From Bacilli bacterium (lineage in GTDB: Bacteria > Bacillota_I > Bacilli_A > RFN20 > DUOF01): DNA of 64,000 nt. The translations under genes were made by a program, and so were the position numbers. Shown one piece after another: positions 21,778 to 32,227 of this stretch. Location of the stretch: positions 28,199-92,198 of the forward strand of contig JBGVCT010000016.1 of assembly GCA_045118975.1 (NCBI GenBank), written 5' to 3'. The first letter of the stretch is position 1; each line of letters starts with the position of its first letter. A model generated the notes under the pieces. The model ran no database searches, was not told the DNA's origin, and saw nothing but the letters and a program-made list of their open reading frames with translations.

Positions 21778-21860
21778 GGGGCTATGGCGGAACTGGTAGA
21801 CGCGCCAGACTTAGAATCTGGTGAGAGATCGTGGGAGTTCGAGTCTCCCTAGCCCCACCA
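21778..21860 (+). tRNA. tRNA-Leu(TAG), integration target
   Basis: Anticodon loop CTTAGAA, long variable arm, CCA end; its 3' end is duplicated at 35150-35166. Confidence 0.96.
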
Positions 21861-21861
21861 A
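21845..21861 (+). repeat. attL core (17-bp direct repeat)
   Basis: CTCCCTAGCCCCACCAA, identical to 35150-35166. Confidence 0.9.
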
Positions 21862-21874
21862 TATCTTAAAAAAT

Positions 21875-21906
21875 GCGATTGGAATTGACTTTTCAATCGT
21901 TTTTTT
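21875..21906 (+). terminator. Terminator after the tRNA cluster
   Basis: GCGATTGGAA/TTTCAATCGT hairpin plus T-run. Confidence 0.65.
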
Positions 21907-21913
21907 ATGCTCG

Positions 21914-21963
21914 TGAGAACACTTTGAGAACACTTTTTTAAAAAATGTTTTTTTGTGAGAACA
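21914..21963 (+). repeat. TGAGAACA repeats (putative integrase arm-binding sites, left end)
   Basis: Copies at 21914, 21925 and 21956; the same motif occurs near attR. Confidence 0.7.
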
Positions 21964-22069
21964 TTTTGGAATATTTTATGAGACTTTTATAAGTCTCTTT
22001 TTCTATGACATAATTCGACAAATTTCGGGAAAATCGAACGCTTTTGATAAAAATAAAAAAGATGATATG

Positions 22070-23167
22070 CTAGTTCATCATATCATCTAATCTATTTACT
22101 ATTTCTTGTTGGTTAGTTGGGAATAAGTGAGAATAAACATCTAATGTAGTAGAAACATCTTGGTGACCTAATCTTTCAGATATAAATATAGGTGTTATTC
22201 CCATATTAATAAGTAAACTTGCATGAGAGTGTCTGAAGTCATGAATTCTTATTTGTTTAACTCCAGCTTCTTTACATTTCTTGTTTTTATATCTTTCAAG
22301 AGATGTTTCACTTATTGGTTTGATACCACCAAAGACAAAATATTGTTCTGTTAAACCAGGGAAACTCTTTTCTTGCCATATTCTATATTCATTTAGTATC
22401 AATAATAGTTTTTGTGGTAAATCAATAGTTCTAACTCCTTTAGATGTCTTAGGTGCTGTCAGGGTGTATGTGGTGTTATTTTCTTTATGTTTTTGTGTTA
22501 TGGTTTTTGTTATTCTGATATATTTGCTAAATCTATTAATATCTTCCCATGTTAGAGCTAAAGCTTCGCCTTTTCTCATTCCTGTGTAGTAAAGCAAGTT
22601 GAACAAAGTGTATTGTAAAATATCACCTTCACAGCATTTGATAAAATTATTGAACTCTTCTGGAGTCCATATAAGCATTATATTTTTAACTACTGAAGTG
22701 TTTTTTATATATCCAACAGCTTTTACAGGGTTATAGTTGATGTTATAGAATTTATCGGCATATTCGTATATATCTTTAAGTAGCCCTGTGATTTTATTTA
22801 CTCTTCCTATTGTAACGTTAGAACGTTTAATTGCATTTTGCCAATTTAAAACGTCATTGTTTGTGATCCTTTGAGGATATTTTTCTCCAAAGTAACCACG
22901 AATGTATTTGTCGATAACAATTTTTTTGCCATATATGGTAGCTATTTTGTATTTGTTTTCTATAAATTTTAAATATTCGTCGCACAGTTGATTCATTGTA
23001 ACTCGTTTTAAAGATTCTAATTCATATTCTACTTGTGCTTCAGCTTGCTGTGCTTCTTTCTTTGTTTTGAAACCTCTTTTTGCAAGAAATACATTTTTAC
23101 CACTTGCATCTTTCACTCGTTTTCTGTAATACCATGTATTTCTTTTCTCATCTTTGTGGACTGACAT
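22070..23167 (-). CDS. int: Tyrosine recombinase/integrase
   Basis: N-terminal arm-binding domain (RGFKTKKEA), TGMRKGE, HDFRHSHAS, LGH...TLDVYSH. Confidence 0.95.
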   Translation of the reverse strand: MSVHKDEKRNTWYYRKRVKDASGKNVFLAKRGFKTKKEAQQAEAQVEYELESLKRVTMNQLCDEYLKFIENKYKIATIYGKKIVIDKYIRGYFGEKYPQRITNNDVLNWQNAIKRSNVTIGRVNKITGLLKDIYEYADKFYNINYNPVKAVGYIKNTSVVKNIMLIWTPEEFNNFIKCCEGDILQYTLFNLLYYTGMRKGEALALTWEDINRFSKYIRITKTITQKHKENNTTYTLTAPKTSKGVRTIDLPQKLLLILNEYRIWQEKSFPGLTEQYFVFGGIKPISETSLERYKNKKCKEAGVKQIRIHDFRHSHASLLINMGITPIFISERLGHQDVSTTLDVYSHLFPTNQQEIVNRLDDMMN

Positions 23168-23234
23168 AATAATCGCTCCTTTCTATTGAATGTGTATTTT
23201 CTTGTATTAATCGAAGAAAATTGATAGAATAAGA

Positions 23235-23320
23235 GCATGGAAAAAGGTCTAGATGATTGCTGGTCATATAAGATTAATTATCCATGCGGCAAGTAGGGTG
23301 GTAGCTACTTGCTTTTTTTT
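23235..23320 (+). ncRNA. Putative small RNA antisense to the repressor-integrase junction
   Basis: Promoter TTGTAT(23202)-17-TAGAAT(23225), stem GCATGGA/TCCATGC, terminator GCAAGTAG/CTACTTGC plus T8. Confidence 0.5.
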
Positions 23321-23981
23321 ATTTATTTTCTTCTTTTAGTTTTCTAATGAACTCGATATCATCTTCATTCATTAGAAGTGTATCTTCTTCAGAATTCATT
23401 AATGATTTTAGATAATCTGTTCCAAACATTGTCTCTTTTAAGCGTTGTTCGATATTTAACTCTTCAACTTCATTAAGACTTAATGCTTTTACGTAGTCTA
23501 ATAAACTCAAGAGTTGAGAGTAAATCATTGTTTTTGTTGGTGCATCAACTTTCTTAAAGTTTAGGTAGTTCTTTATATTATAAGTTAGGTCAAGAATGTC
23601 ATCTTCGATTTCTTTCATTGCTCCTAACGAATTATAAGGTCGTCCTAACCTTAAGAAATCTCCGCCTTCAAGTGCAACAAAGAATGTGTATGGTAGATCT
23701 AATGCACAAATGATTTTACTTAAATCATCTGTAGACATTCTTCTTTGTCTTGAAAGCCATAGTGTCATGGTAGAGGGAGATACTCCAACTTTCTTAGCTA
23801 AATCCTTTTTAGACATGTCTCTGATTTTCATGGCAATATTAATTCTTTCTATAACGAATTCGATAAATCCATCTTCTTGCCCCATACCAGTAGCGTCTAA
23901 CAACATTGCTTGTCTATCAACGTGAGTTAGAATAGCAGAACAAATTAGCTTCTTTTCATCACCTTTATAAAAGTAATCCAT
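23319..23981 (-). CDS. XRE-family HTH repressor
   Basis: MSKKDLAKKVGVSPSTMTLWLS HTH; start re-called at ATG 23981 with RBS AGGAGG; divergent from the early genes. Confidence 0.8.
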   Translation of the reverse strand: MDYFYKGDEKKLICSAILTHVDRQAMLLDATGMGQEDGFIEFVIERINIAMKIRDMSKKDLAKKVGVSPSTMTLWLSRQRRMSTDDLSKIICALDLPYTFFVALEGGDFLRLGRPYNSLGAMKEIEDDILDLTYNIKNYLNFKKVDAPTKTMIYSQLLSLLDYVKALSLNEVEELNIEQRLKETMFGTDYLKSLMNSEEDTLLMNEDDIEFIRKLKEENK

Positions 23982-24208
23982 ATTATACCTCCTGACATTT
24001 TTTACTATATCATGGAATTTTAAAAAAATAAATAGTTTTTTGAGAAAATATTTACAAGTAGTAAAAAACAAGATAAATTTATATGCAAGAAAGGAGGAAT
24101 TATTTTCTGTGCGTAAAGAAATGATACAAAATGAGACACCTGATTGATTGACATTATATATGAAAATGGTAAATAATCAGAATCAGGAAAGGGGAGAATT
24201 GATGTTAT

Positions 24209-24496
24209 ATGACCAGCAATCAAGAAAAAGAGAAGATTATTCTAAAAAGTAGTTTGACAAGAAAGGATATTATAGTTTTAACGGGATTAAACTATAAGGC
24301 AGTAACTAAGATATTCTTAAATATGAGAGAATCTATTTTAAAGAAACTTAGAAAAGATGATCCTGACTTTGAGTTCTACAATGTAAAGTATATTCCTACC
24401 ACGTATGCTTTACCTTACTTGAAGAAGTATGGAGTAGAAAGAGAAGTTATCTTGCTAAATGCTGACAGAGAAAGAAGTATTGTTATTGAACAATAG
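24209..24496 (+). CDS. Hypothetical protein (possible excisionase/Cro-like DNA-binding protein)
   Basis: LTRKDIIVLTGLNYKAVTKIF HTH-like segment; first gene divergent from the repressor. Confidence 0.45.
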   Translation: MTSNQEKEKIILKSSLTRKDIIVLTGLNYKAVTKIFLNMRESILKKLRKDDPDFEFYNVKYIPTTYALPYLKKYGVEREVILLNADRERSIVIEQ

Positions 24497-25427
24497 ATTG
24501 AAGGAATCTTTAGACTATTTTCGACATAGAACAGATTTATATGAAACGCCTGAGATGGAACTTGCAATAAGTAACAAAGGATTTAATGTGTATGGGATAT
24601 ACTGTCTTTTGTGTGAAAAATCTAGTAGAAATATAAATAAACCTTTAATTTTAGATGACGATATGATGCATCTGTTAGCAAGAAAAGTGGGAATGTTGGT
24701 TGCAGAATTTAAAGAAAATGTAGAGGAACTAATCAAAAGGAATTTGTTTGATCAAAAAAGTTATTATGAAACTAGGGCAATAACTAATGGAATAATAGAA
24801 GAAGGTAAAGAAATAACTAAAAACAAACGAGCTTCAAAGCGTGGCGATTCCAAAAAGGAATTCCATTTTGATAAAATAGAACGCCAAACTAGCAAAACGT
24901 TTAATAATAGTAAAAGTAATATAAATAGTAATAGTAAGAATGATAGTAATAGTAACAGTAATAGTGAAATTAATATTTATAGTTATAGTAATATTGATAG
25001 TGAAACGGGGAATCCTATCAATATAACTGATAATGAGAATAATGAAGATTCATCGCTATTTGTTAATGGCGTTTTAATTGCTGATGCTAATGATCTTTAT
25101 AGAATCGTAGAAGAACTAATGGAAGCTAATATGAATGCAGGTATTAAAAATAGTATTGATTCATATATAGAAGAAAATGTTATTGCTTTAGCTAGGGCAT
25201 TAGAGAATTGTCAGAATTCTAAAACGCAAGCGATATCTTTTAATTATATCAAGAAGGCATATTCACAAGAAAAGTTAAAATTATGTTCAAAAAGTCTAAT
25301 TTTGTCGAATGATGTCGAAATCGAAAATGTAGAAGATGAAGTAGAAGAATTAGAACGTTTAAAAGAAGAAAGACGAAAACGTAAACTATTGCATGATGAA
25401 AATGATGATGAAAACAACTTTGATTAA
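24459..25427 (+). CDS. Phage-type replication initiator-like protein (DUF4373/Lin1244-like N-terminus)
   Basis: LDYFRH...GFNVYGIYCLLCE N-terminal pattern and an Asn/Ser low-complexity linker. Confidence 0.6.
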   Translation: MLTEKEVLLLNNRLKESLDYFRHRTDLYETPEMELAISNKGFNVYGIYCLLCEKSSRNINKPLILDDDMMHLLARKVGMLVAEFKENVEELIKRNLFDQKSYYETRAITNGIIEEGKEITKNKRASKRGDSKKEFHFDKIERQTSKTFNNSKSNINSNSKNDSNSNSNSEINIYSYSNIDSETGNPINITDNENNEDSSLFVNGVLIADANDLYRIVEELMEANMNAGIKNSIDSYIEENVIALARALENCQNSKTQAISFNYIKKAYSQEKLKLCSKSLILSNDVEIENVEDEVEELERLKEERRKRKLLHDENDDENNFD

Positions 25428-25657
25428 TAAAATTCTTTAAATTTTGAATAAAAGGGCTTTGGAGTATAAATTGCTTTGAAAGCTCTTTTTTGTTTGGTGG
25501 TGAAGATAAAAACGCACAAATAGAAAGCAATGTAATTTATATCCTCACCGTAGGTGATGTGTGCAAAAATAATTAAATTGGTGTAGTTTTTTAATTAGCT
25601 TCTCGGTGGTTTTACTTTTACTCAATATTATGCTATAATATTGTCCGTTATAAGGTC

Positions 25658-28474
25658 GTGAGTGTAGTGAATGAAGAAAATGGAATTTATTTAGTAATCA
25701 TAATTGCTGTAATAATTCTTTTGGGGTGGGGTTATAGTCATTACAGAGAACTATATAATACTCCATTACCTACTCGTTCATCTAAAAGAAAGGTTAAATA
25801 TAATTCTAAATCTAGTGTGTATGAAAAATTGTTTATAGATGAATATAATGTTTATATAGATTTGTTAAATAATATTGATTACTATGAGAAATCTATAAGT
25901 GCCATGTCTAAAAAAATAAAAGGATGTTATTTTTTTGATAAAGAACTATATTATGCACTGAAAAAGAGAAGAGAAGAATACAAAGGAAAACACATTAACT
26001 ATTTAAATCGTTTGAAATCATTTTCGATAACTAATATGTTTGTTCCAATCGGAAGTGATCAATACAACATATTCATTAAAATGTATTTTCCAAATAATGC
26101 TAATTCAAACTTTTTCCTTCATGAATTTTTTAATAGGAAATATCATTATATTGAATACAATGGTGCTTATATTGTCTTTTATGAAGAAATGATTTTTCAC
26201 ATCAATACTGAGAAAAATACATTAAGATGTTATCGCTATGATGAAGTTAATCTTGACTATTATGATAGTTTTGTAAAGAGAGTATCTGTAAAGAAAAATG
26301 AAGAAATCATAGGAGAAACATGGCTTCATGCTAGAAAAGACGGAAGTCCTGATAGACGATATAGTCAAAATTATAGAATGTATAAAGTTTTGAAAGTAAA
26401 AGTGTATATGATGAATTATGAAACTGACTTGGCATTCTACAACAAGAAAGATTTACAAGAATTTAAATCATTTATTACTTCTATAAAAAGATTAGAAAAA
26501 AATTATCGACATGATACAGAAAGTAATAGAAATTCTAATTCCGATAAAATTGCTACTAACATTAAAGAAGAAAATATTATCTATCAGACTACGCTTTTTG
26601 ATGTAGATATAGAAAAAACTATAGATGAAGTAGATACTTCAAGTTTAATAATAGATGTTGAACCTATTTCTGAAACCACTTCAATGGTCAGTGATTTTAT
26701 AGAAAACATTATTTCTGAGCAAAAGTGCATTGAATGGTGTTTTCACGATGTTTTTGGATTGGGACAAGTACAAAATAATGAAAAAGAAATATTGACAATA
26801 GAATTTTTAGGAGGAACAACTAGAAAAATAGCTCAAACATATGCTGGGTTAAAACATGTTAAAAGTTCTGTTGGAAATAGCTGTATCATTAAAACTGAAA
26901 AATATGGTTATGGTGTGATTATCGAAAATAGGGAAGATGGAGTTATAATAGCAGAGTTTAAAGATAAAAAACATGTTATATCAGGTCCAAATAGTTCATA
27001 TGAGATTATAGATGTTGCAACATTAAGTGAATCAACTAAAGTACCTAATGAACAAATTATATCTGAAGCTGAAGCAAAAGAAGAAGTAAAAGAAAGTAAG
27101 CAAGTTACTATCGGAACTCTTGTCACACAAATGAAATATGGAAAAGGTGTTATATACAAAATAGAAGATGCTTCATATACTATTGTTTTTGATTCAGGAA
27201 TCGAAAAGAAAGTATCAAAAAGTTCATGCAGTGTATTGGAATACTTTGATAAAGAAAAATATGATTCAAAATTAGAAAAATTAAAAAGATTTGATTATGT
27301 ATCTATGAAAAATATAGGCTATGGAATTATAGTTGATTTTAACTCTGACACAATTACAATAGCCTGGAAAAATAAAACAGTTGAAAAATATAATATTCTA
27401 GTTACATGTTTACTTACTAGAGTTGTATCTGAAAGAAAAATAGAGTTGTTGAATTTAAGCATTGGCGATTATTTGTATAGTAAAAAATATGGCTATGGAA
27501 GAATTGTGGAGTTTATAGTAGATAAGATAAAACTCAAATTTTATGATGTTCCTAAAGAGATTCTTGTAGGAATGGAGTATCTGCAAATACCATCACTACA
27601 ACAACTTGAACAATTTAAATCAGAACTTAGACAGTCAAGCCTATCAAGAGATCTTACTTTTTTTACAAGATTGGATAAAAAATATTATTCGTATAAAGAA
27701 GCTCTTGACATATATACAGAATACTTTAGTTCTAAAAAATCAAAAGAAAAAAGTATGGTTATTAGCACATATAAAAAAGCAGGATTCAATCTGGTCAAAG
27801 ATTTCTTTGTATATTGCGGATATTTAAAACTAGAGGATTGTATTTATGAAGAAATTATTTCTACAAAAATTTATAAATATGATTATTCTATTGAGAGTGA
27901 TACATATAATTATATCTTAGATAAGATGTGTAAGTCATATTATTGTTTGAAGTATGATGATGGAGTGTATTTCACGTTTAGCAAGTATGGCGAATTCGGG
28001 TTTAATTTCTATGAACTTTTAAGTTTTATTGGAAAATTATTGGATTTTATAAAAGAACATAAATTTGTTTCAATTGTTTACTTGAAAAATAACTACGAAG
28101 GCTATTTGCCAGACGAAGGATTGTTACTGGCTATAATAAATTCTATTAGCATGATAAAATCGAGAAAAATGGGAAATTCATATATTTATCATTTGAAAGA
28201 CGGTCAAACAGTAAAGAAAGATTTGATGTATAAATTTATAGTAGAAGAATTTAATTGTATAAATAGTAAAAGTTGTGATATATATGATTTTATGGAGCAT
28301 TTAAATATAAAATACGAATTTGAATTTGAATATTCTACATTTGTTTTATTGTTAAATGAATTAGAAGATACTAATATTTATTATAGTGAAGATACAGAAA
28401 AAATATATAGCACTAAAGAAGAGTTTTATTTGGAGGTTTATGGAAATGGAAACGAAGAAAATAATAGCAATTAA
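25658..28474 (+). CDS. Large membrane-anchored protein with five Tudor/SH3-like repeats
   Basis: N-terminal TM, WLHARKDGSPDRRY motif, and five (F/Y/I)GxGx(V/I)...F/W repeats. Confidence 0.6.
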   Translation: MSVVNEENGIYLVIIIAVIILLGWGYSHYRELYNTPLPTRSSKRKVKYNSKSSVYEKLFIDEYNVYIDLLNNIDYYEKSISAMSKKIKGCYFFDKELYYALKKRREEYKGKHINYLNRLKSFSITNMFVPIGSDQYNIFIKMYFPNNANSNFFLHEFFNRKYHYIEYNGAYIVFYEEMIFHINTEKNTLRCYRYDEVNLDYYDSFVKRVSVKKNEEIIGETWLHARKDGSPDRRYSQNYRMYKVLKVKVYMMNYETDLAFYNKKDLQEFKSFITSIKRLEKNYRHDTESNRNSNSDKIATNIKEENIIYQTTLFDVDIEKTIDEVDTSSLIIDVEPISETTSMVSDFIENIISEQKCIEWCFHDVFGLGQVQNNEKEILTIEFLGGTTRKIAQTYAGLKHVKSSVGNSCIIKTEKYGYGVIIENREDGVIIAEFKDKKHVISGPNSSYEIIDVATLSESTKVPNEQIISEAEAKEEVKESKQVTIGTLVTQMKYGKGVIYKIEDASYTIVFDSGIEKKVSKSSCSVLEYFDKEKYDSKLEKLKRFDYVSMKNIGYGIIVDFNSDTITIAWKNKTVEKYNILVTCLLTRVVSERKIELLNLSIGDYLYSKKYGYGRIVEFIVDKIKLKFYDVPKEILVGMEYLQIPSLQQLEQFKSELRQSSLSRDLTFFTRLDKKYYSYKEALDIYTEYFSSKKSKEKSMVISTYKKAGFNLVKDFFVYCGYLKLEDCIYEEIISTKIYKYDYSIESDTYNYILDKMCKSYYCLKYDDGVYFTFSKYGEFGFNFYELLSFIGKLLDFIKEHKFVSIVYLKNNYEGYLPDEGLLLAIINSISMIKSRKMGNSYIYHLKDGQTVKKDLMYKFIVEEFNCINSKSCDIYDFMEHLNIKYEFEFEYSTFVLLLNELEDTNIYYSEDTEKIYSTKEEFYLEVYGNGNEENNSN

Positions 28475-29654
28475 TACAGGAAGAAAAGAAAAAATGGTTA
28501 TAGGCGGGCACACTGTATTAGAAGATGTATATAAGGTCGATATTTCTACTTTATATTACAATGATGAAAATGGTAGAATAGCAACTTTTATTGCAGAATA
28601 TAAATCCAAAAGTGATGTTGCTATAAACGAGCTTTCATTTGATGAATATAATGAAACTATAATGCAATTTATCAAAGACTCTAGTAACAAAGATAAATAT
28701 AAAACTACTAAGGAAGATATAAAGAAAAACGGGCAATTGAGAATTGGTATCATTTTAGATGATGGTAGAGTAATTGACGGAAACAGACGTTTTACTTGTT
28801 TACGTGAATTATATAACGAAACCGGGGATGAAAGATATCAATATTTCGAATGCGTTATTTTAAAAGTACCTACAACTCTAAATGATAAAAAAATGATTAA
28901 ATCATTAGAATTGAAATATCAATTTGGAGAAGATGCTAGAGTAGATTATAATGCCATTGATAAATTAGTTGATGTATATAATCTTTTAGTGGGACCAAGT
29001 AGAATTTTTTCAATAAAAGAATATCGTGATCGTGTAAATAATCAAATCAAAGAAACTGATATAAAAAGAATGATGGTTAAAGCTGAAGTTATGTATGATT
29101 ATTTGGACTTTATAGGTATGAAAGAAAGATACGATATTGCTAGAGACTATAAATTAGATGGTCCAATTCAAGAAATAGCAGCACTAAAGTCTTCTTTATC
29201 AGACTTTGAGTGGAGCGAAGTAAGGCCAATTATGTATAAAGCCATGAAAGATGCAACTGGTGATAGAACAAGAGAAGTTCGTAGTCTAATAAAGGTATAT
29301 AAAAATAGTCCGTCAGAATTTGAAAAGATAAGAAATAATTTCTTAAATATCGAATTTAAGCAAGAACAAATCAAACATTCACAAGCAGAAGCAACCGAAG
29401 TTGTAACTAAAAAAGAAGAATTATCAGATTTAAAAGCAGAATATAAAGAACTTGTTAAGGATAGTATAGCTAAAACAGGAATAGATATGGCTAGAAAAAA
29501 ACAAAATGAGTTATTAAAAGGTGTAGTTAAGAAAATGTCTGAAATAGATAAAATATCGTTAAGACACTTACCTGAAGACTTGAAAAAAGAATTCATGCAA
29601 TATTTAAGTCAGTTAGAAATGGAAATTGCAATTTGTAAGAAGGAAATAGAATAA
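28446..29654 (+). CDS. ParB/Srx-like N-terminal domain protein with coiled-coil tail
   Basis: LYYNDENGRI, GQ...VIDGNRR ParB-type motif; RBS GGAGG before ATG 28446. Confidence 0.7.
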   Translation: METKKIIAINTGRKEKMVIGGHTVLEDVYKVDISTLYYNDENGRIATFIAEYKSKSDVAINELSFDEYNETIMQFIKDSSNKDKYKTTKEDIKKNGQLRIGIILDDGRVIDGNRRFTCLRELYNETGDERYQYFECVILKVPTTLNDKKMIKSLELKYQFGEDARVDYNAIDKLVDVYNLLVGPSRIFSIKEYRDRVNNQIKETDIKRMMVKAEVMYDYLDFIGMKERYDIARDYKLDGPIQEIAALKSSLSDFEWSEVRPIMYKAMKDATGDRTREVRSLIKVYKNSPSEFEKIRNNFLNIEFKQEQIKHSQAEATEVVTKKEELSDLKAEYKELVKDSIAKTGIDMARKKQNELLKGVVKKMSEIDKISLRHLPEDLKKEFMQYLSQLEMEIAICKKEIE

Positions 29655-32227
29655 TGTTAGAGAAAGTTCATTTCAAATCATTATACAATTCTAAACAAGA
29701 TGATGTTATAAATGATTTTTATATTCCCGCATTATCTCAATCTAATGGTTATGACAGAATAAGCGCGTATTTTGATTCTAAAATTTTAAGAATGTATGCG
29801 GCGGGTCTAGAAAATATAAAAGATGGCGGGCGTGTTAGATTTATTTTTTCATGTGACCTTGATGAAGAAGATTATAACTTAATGAAGCAAGGATATGATT
29901 TAAGAGAAAAAATAAATTCAAAGTTACTTAATTCTATTTCAGATGAAGATGTTAATATTGATGTTTCAAATTTGGCGTATCTTATAGCTATTGGCGTAGT
30001 AGATATTAAGATTGCTTTTACTACTAAAGGAATTTTTCATGATAAATATGGGGTCTTTTCTGATTCTGAAGGAAACAAAGTATATTTTAGGGGATCGAAT
30101 AACGAAACTCTAGCTTCAATTATGTATAATTATGAAAGTTTTGAGACGTCTTGCTCATGGAATTGTGATGCGCGTGAAGAATTGAAAATTGACAATGCTG
30201 TTAGAACCTTTGAAGCTATATGGAATGATGAATTTCCAGAACTATATGTAATTCCGCTACCTGAATGTGTGAAAGAAAAACTTATAGGATATTCTTCTAA
30301 AGAAATATCTTCAATATATTATAAAAAAGAAAATTGTGCAATTTTTGATGTTGATGAACAATATCATTATACGTTGAATAATTTTTTAGATAACAAGTCG
30401 TTACTGGATACTCAAAGTAGTTTGTATAAGTATATTATACATCCTTATGTTGATTCTTACATTTCATATTCTGATACATATGTATTGAAGAATATTGGTT
30501 ATATGCAATTGAATAAACTGATTGTAGAAGTTAAAAAATATGCTTCACAATTAGGTTTTGATGTATACGTTGCTCCAAGACTAAGAAGGTTAATGTATGA
30601 AAGAGATATTTATATTGATAAGCGAAAAGACTTGGGAATTGCTATTAAACATAGAGACCCAAATTTAAATGAAGATTTCGAAAAATTTAAAAATATTATT
30701 AGTCAAGAGATGGTTAGAGAACTTCGTGAACCACAACAATGGGATGCTTATCATATAGCTAAAATGGTAAAATCTGCAAACTTTTCTGTTCCGGGAGCTG
30801 GTAAAACAACAATTGTATATGGTGCCTATGCCTATTTGGCAGCTATCAATAAAATTGATAAAATAGTTATGATTGGGCCTAAAAACTCATTTAGAGCATG
30901 GAAACAAGAATTTGTAGCAAACTTTGGTAATAAAAAAGAATTAAATGTATTAGATATACAAGCTAATAATGAACTTGACAAGAAATCTATGCTTAAGTAT
31001 CAATCAGATGATAAAAATTTAATTTTAGTTAATTATGAAAGCGTGCAAGGTGTGCTAGAAGAATTAACTTCGGCAATAAACGATAAAACATTGTTGGTAT
31101 TTGATGAAATTCATCGAATTAAATCTGTTAAGGGAAAAAGAGCAGAAGCTTGCCTTCGTTTAGCTAATAAAGCTAATTATAAAGTTGCTTTAACGGGAAC
31201 TCCATTACCAAATGGGTATGATGATATATATAACATGCTAAATATATTATTTTGCGATGAGTATAGTACATTTTTCGGATTTAAAGTTAACTATTTAAGA
31301 GAAGCTAGGTCTATATCTGCTTCACAAGATGCAATAAACAAGAAAATATTTCCGTTTTTTTGTAGAACTACGAAGAATGATTTACAAGTTCCGCCACCAT
31401 GCCAAGATGATACAGTTACTGGATATCTAGAAATGAATGATATTGAAGAAGAAATATTTTCTATAATTTATCGAGAATATTCATATAACACATTGATTTT
31501 ATATGTTCGTTTAACGCAGGCATCTTCTAATCCTGCATTATTGCTTAAATCAGTAGATAAAAATGATTTAGCTGATTTTGATGGGGATTGCGATGAAGAT
31601 GATTATGGTTTGTGGGATGAAATAGAGAAAGAAGATCATAAATTATCGAAAAAGGATTATGATTTTATCTTTAATAATATGACAACAAGAAAAATAGATA
31701 GATGTTGTGAGATAATTGAAGATAGGGTTCGCAATGGTGAAACTGTAGTAGCTTGGGGAATTTATATTGATAGTTTGAATTTGGTTTATGATAAATTGAC
31801 TTCAAAGGGAGTGAAAGCTGTAATAATAAGCGGAGCAACTCCTCAAGAAGTTCGCGATGAATATATTAATATGTTTTGTAATAAGGAAATAGATGTTTTG
31901 ATAACTAATCCACATACTTTAGCTGAGTCTGTTTCTTTGCATAAAACATGCCACTTTGCTATATATTTTGAGTATGATTTTAATTTAACTCATATGGTGC
32001 AATCTAGAGATAGAATTCACAGATTGGGGTTACCTGAAGGTCAAAAAACAGAATATTGTTATATGACGCTAAACTCAAAAACTAGTGAATATAATACTAT
32101 TGATGTAAAGATTTATGAAAGACTAAAAGAAAAAGAAAGAATAATGTTAGAGGCAGTTGAAAACAACGACATTGCTGTCGTTGAAGATGATTATATGGAT
32201 AATATTAATTTTATTTTACGTCGTTAA
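29654..32227 (+). CDS. PLD-like nuclease fused to an SNF2-family helicase
   Basis: FHDKYGVFSD...FRGSNNET PLD-like motif; VPGAGKT, DEIH, LTGTP and QSRDRIHR helicase motifs; TAATG coupling to the upstream gene. Confidence 0.8.
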   Translation: MLEKVHFKSLYNSKQDDVINDFYIPALSQSNGYDRISAYFDSKILRMYAAGLENIKDGGRVRFIFSCDLDEEDYNLMKQGYDLREKINSKLLNSISDEDVNIDVSNLAYLIAIGVVDIKIAFTTKGIFHDKYGVFSDSEGNKVYFRGSNNETLASIMYNYESFETSCSWNCDAREELKIDNAVRTFEAIWNDEFPELYVIPLPECVKEKLIGYSSKEISSIYYKKENCAIFDVDEQYHYTLNNFLDNKSLLDTQSSLYKYIIHPYVDSYISYSDTYVLKNIGYMQLNKLIVEVKKYASQLGFDVYVAPRLRRLMYERDIYIDKRKDLGIAIKHRDPNLNEDFEKFKNIISQEMVRELREPQQWDAYHIAKMVKSANFSVPGAGKTTIVYGAYAYLAAINKIDKIVMIGPKNSFRAWKQEFVANFGNKKELNVLDIQANNELDKKSMLKYQSDDKNLILVNYESVQGVLEELTSAINDKTLLVFDEIHRIKSVKGKRAEACLRLANKANYKVALTGTPLPNGYDDIYNMLNILFCDEYSTFFGFKVNYLREARSISASQDAINKKIFPFFCRTTKNDLQVPPPCQDDTVTGYLEMNDIEEEIFSIIYREYSYNTLILYVRLTQASSNPALLLKSVDKNDLADFDGDCDEDDYGLWDEIEKEDHKLSKKDYDFIFNNMTTRKIDRCCEIIEDRVRNGETVVAWGIYIDSLNLVYDKLTSKGVKAVIISGATPQEVRDEYINMFCNKEIDVLITNPHTLAESVSLHKTCHFAIYFEYDFNLTHMVQSRDRIHRLGLPEGQKTEYCYMTLNSKTSEYNTIDVKIYERLKEKERIMLEAVENNDIAVVEDDYMDNINFILRR

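Noticed and set aside
22070-25427. Complete prophage
   Set aside because: No terminase, portal, capsid, tail or lysis genes lie between the att sites.
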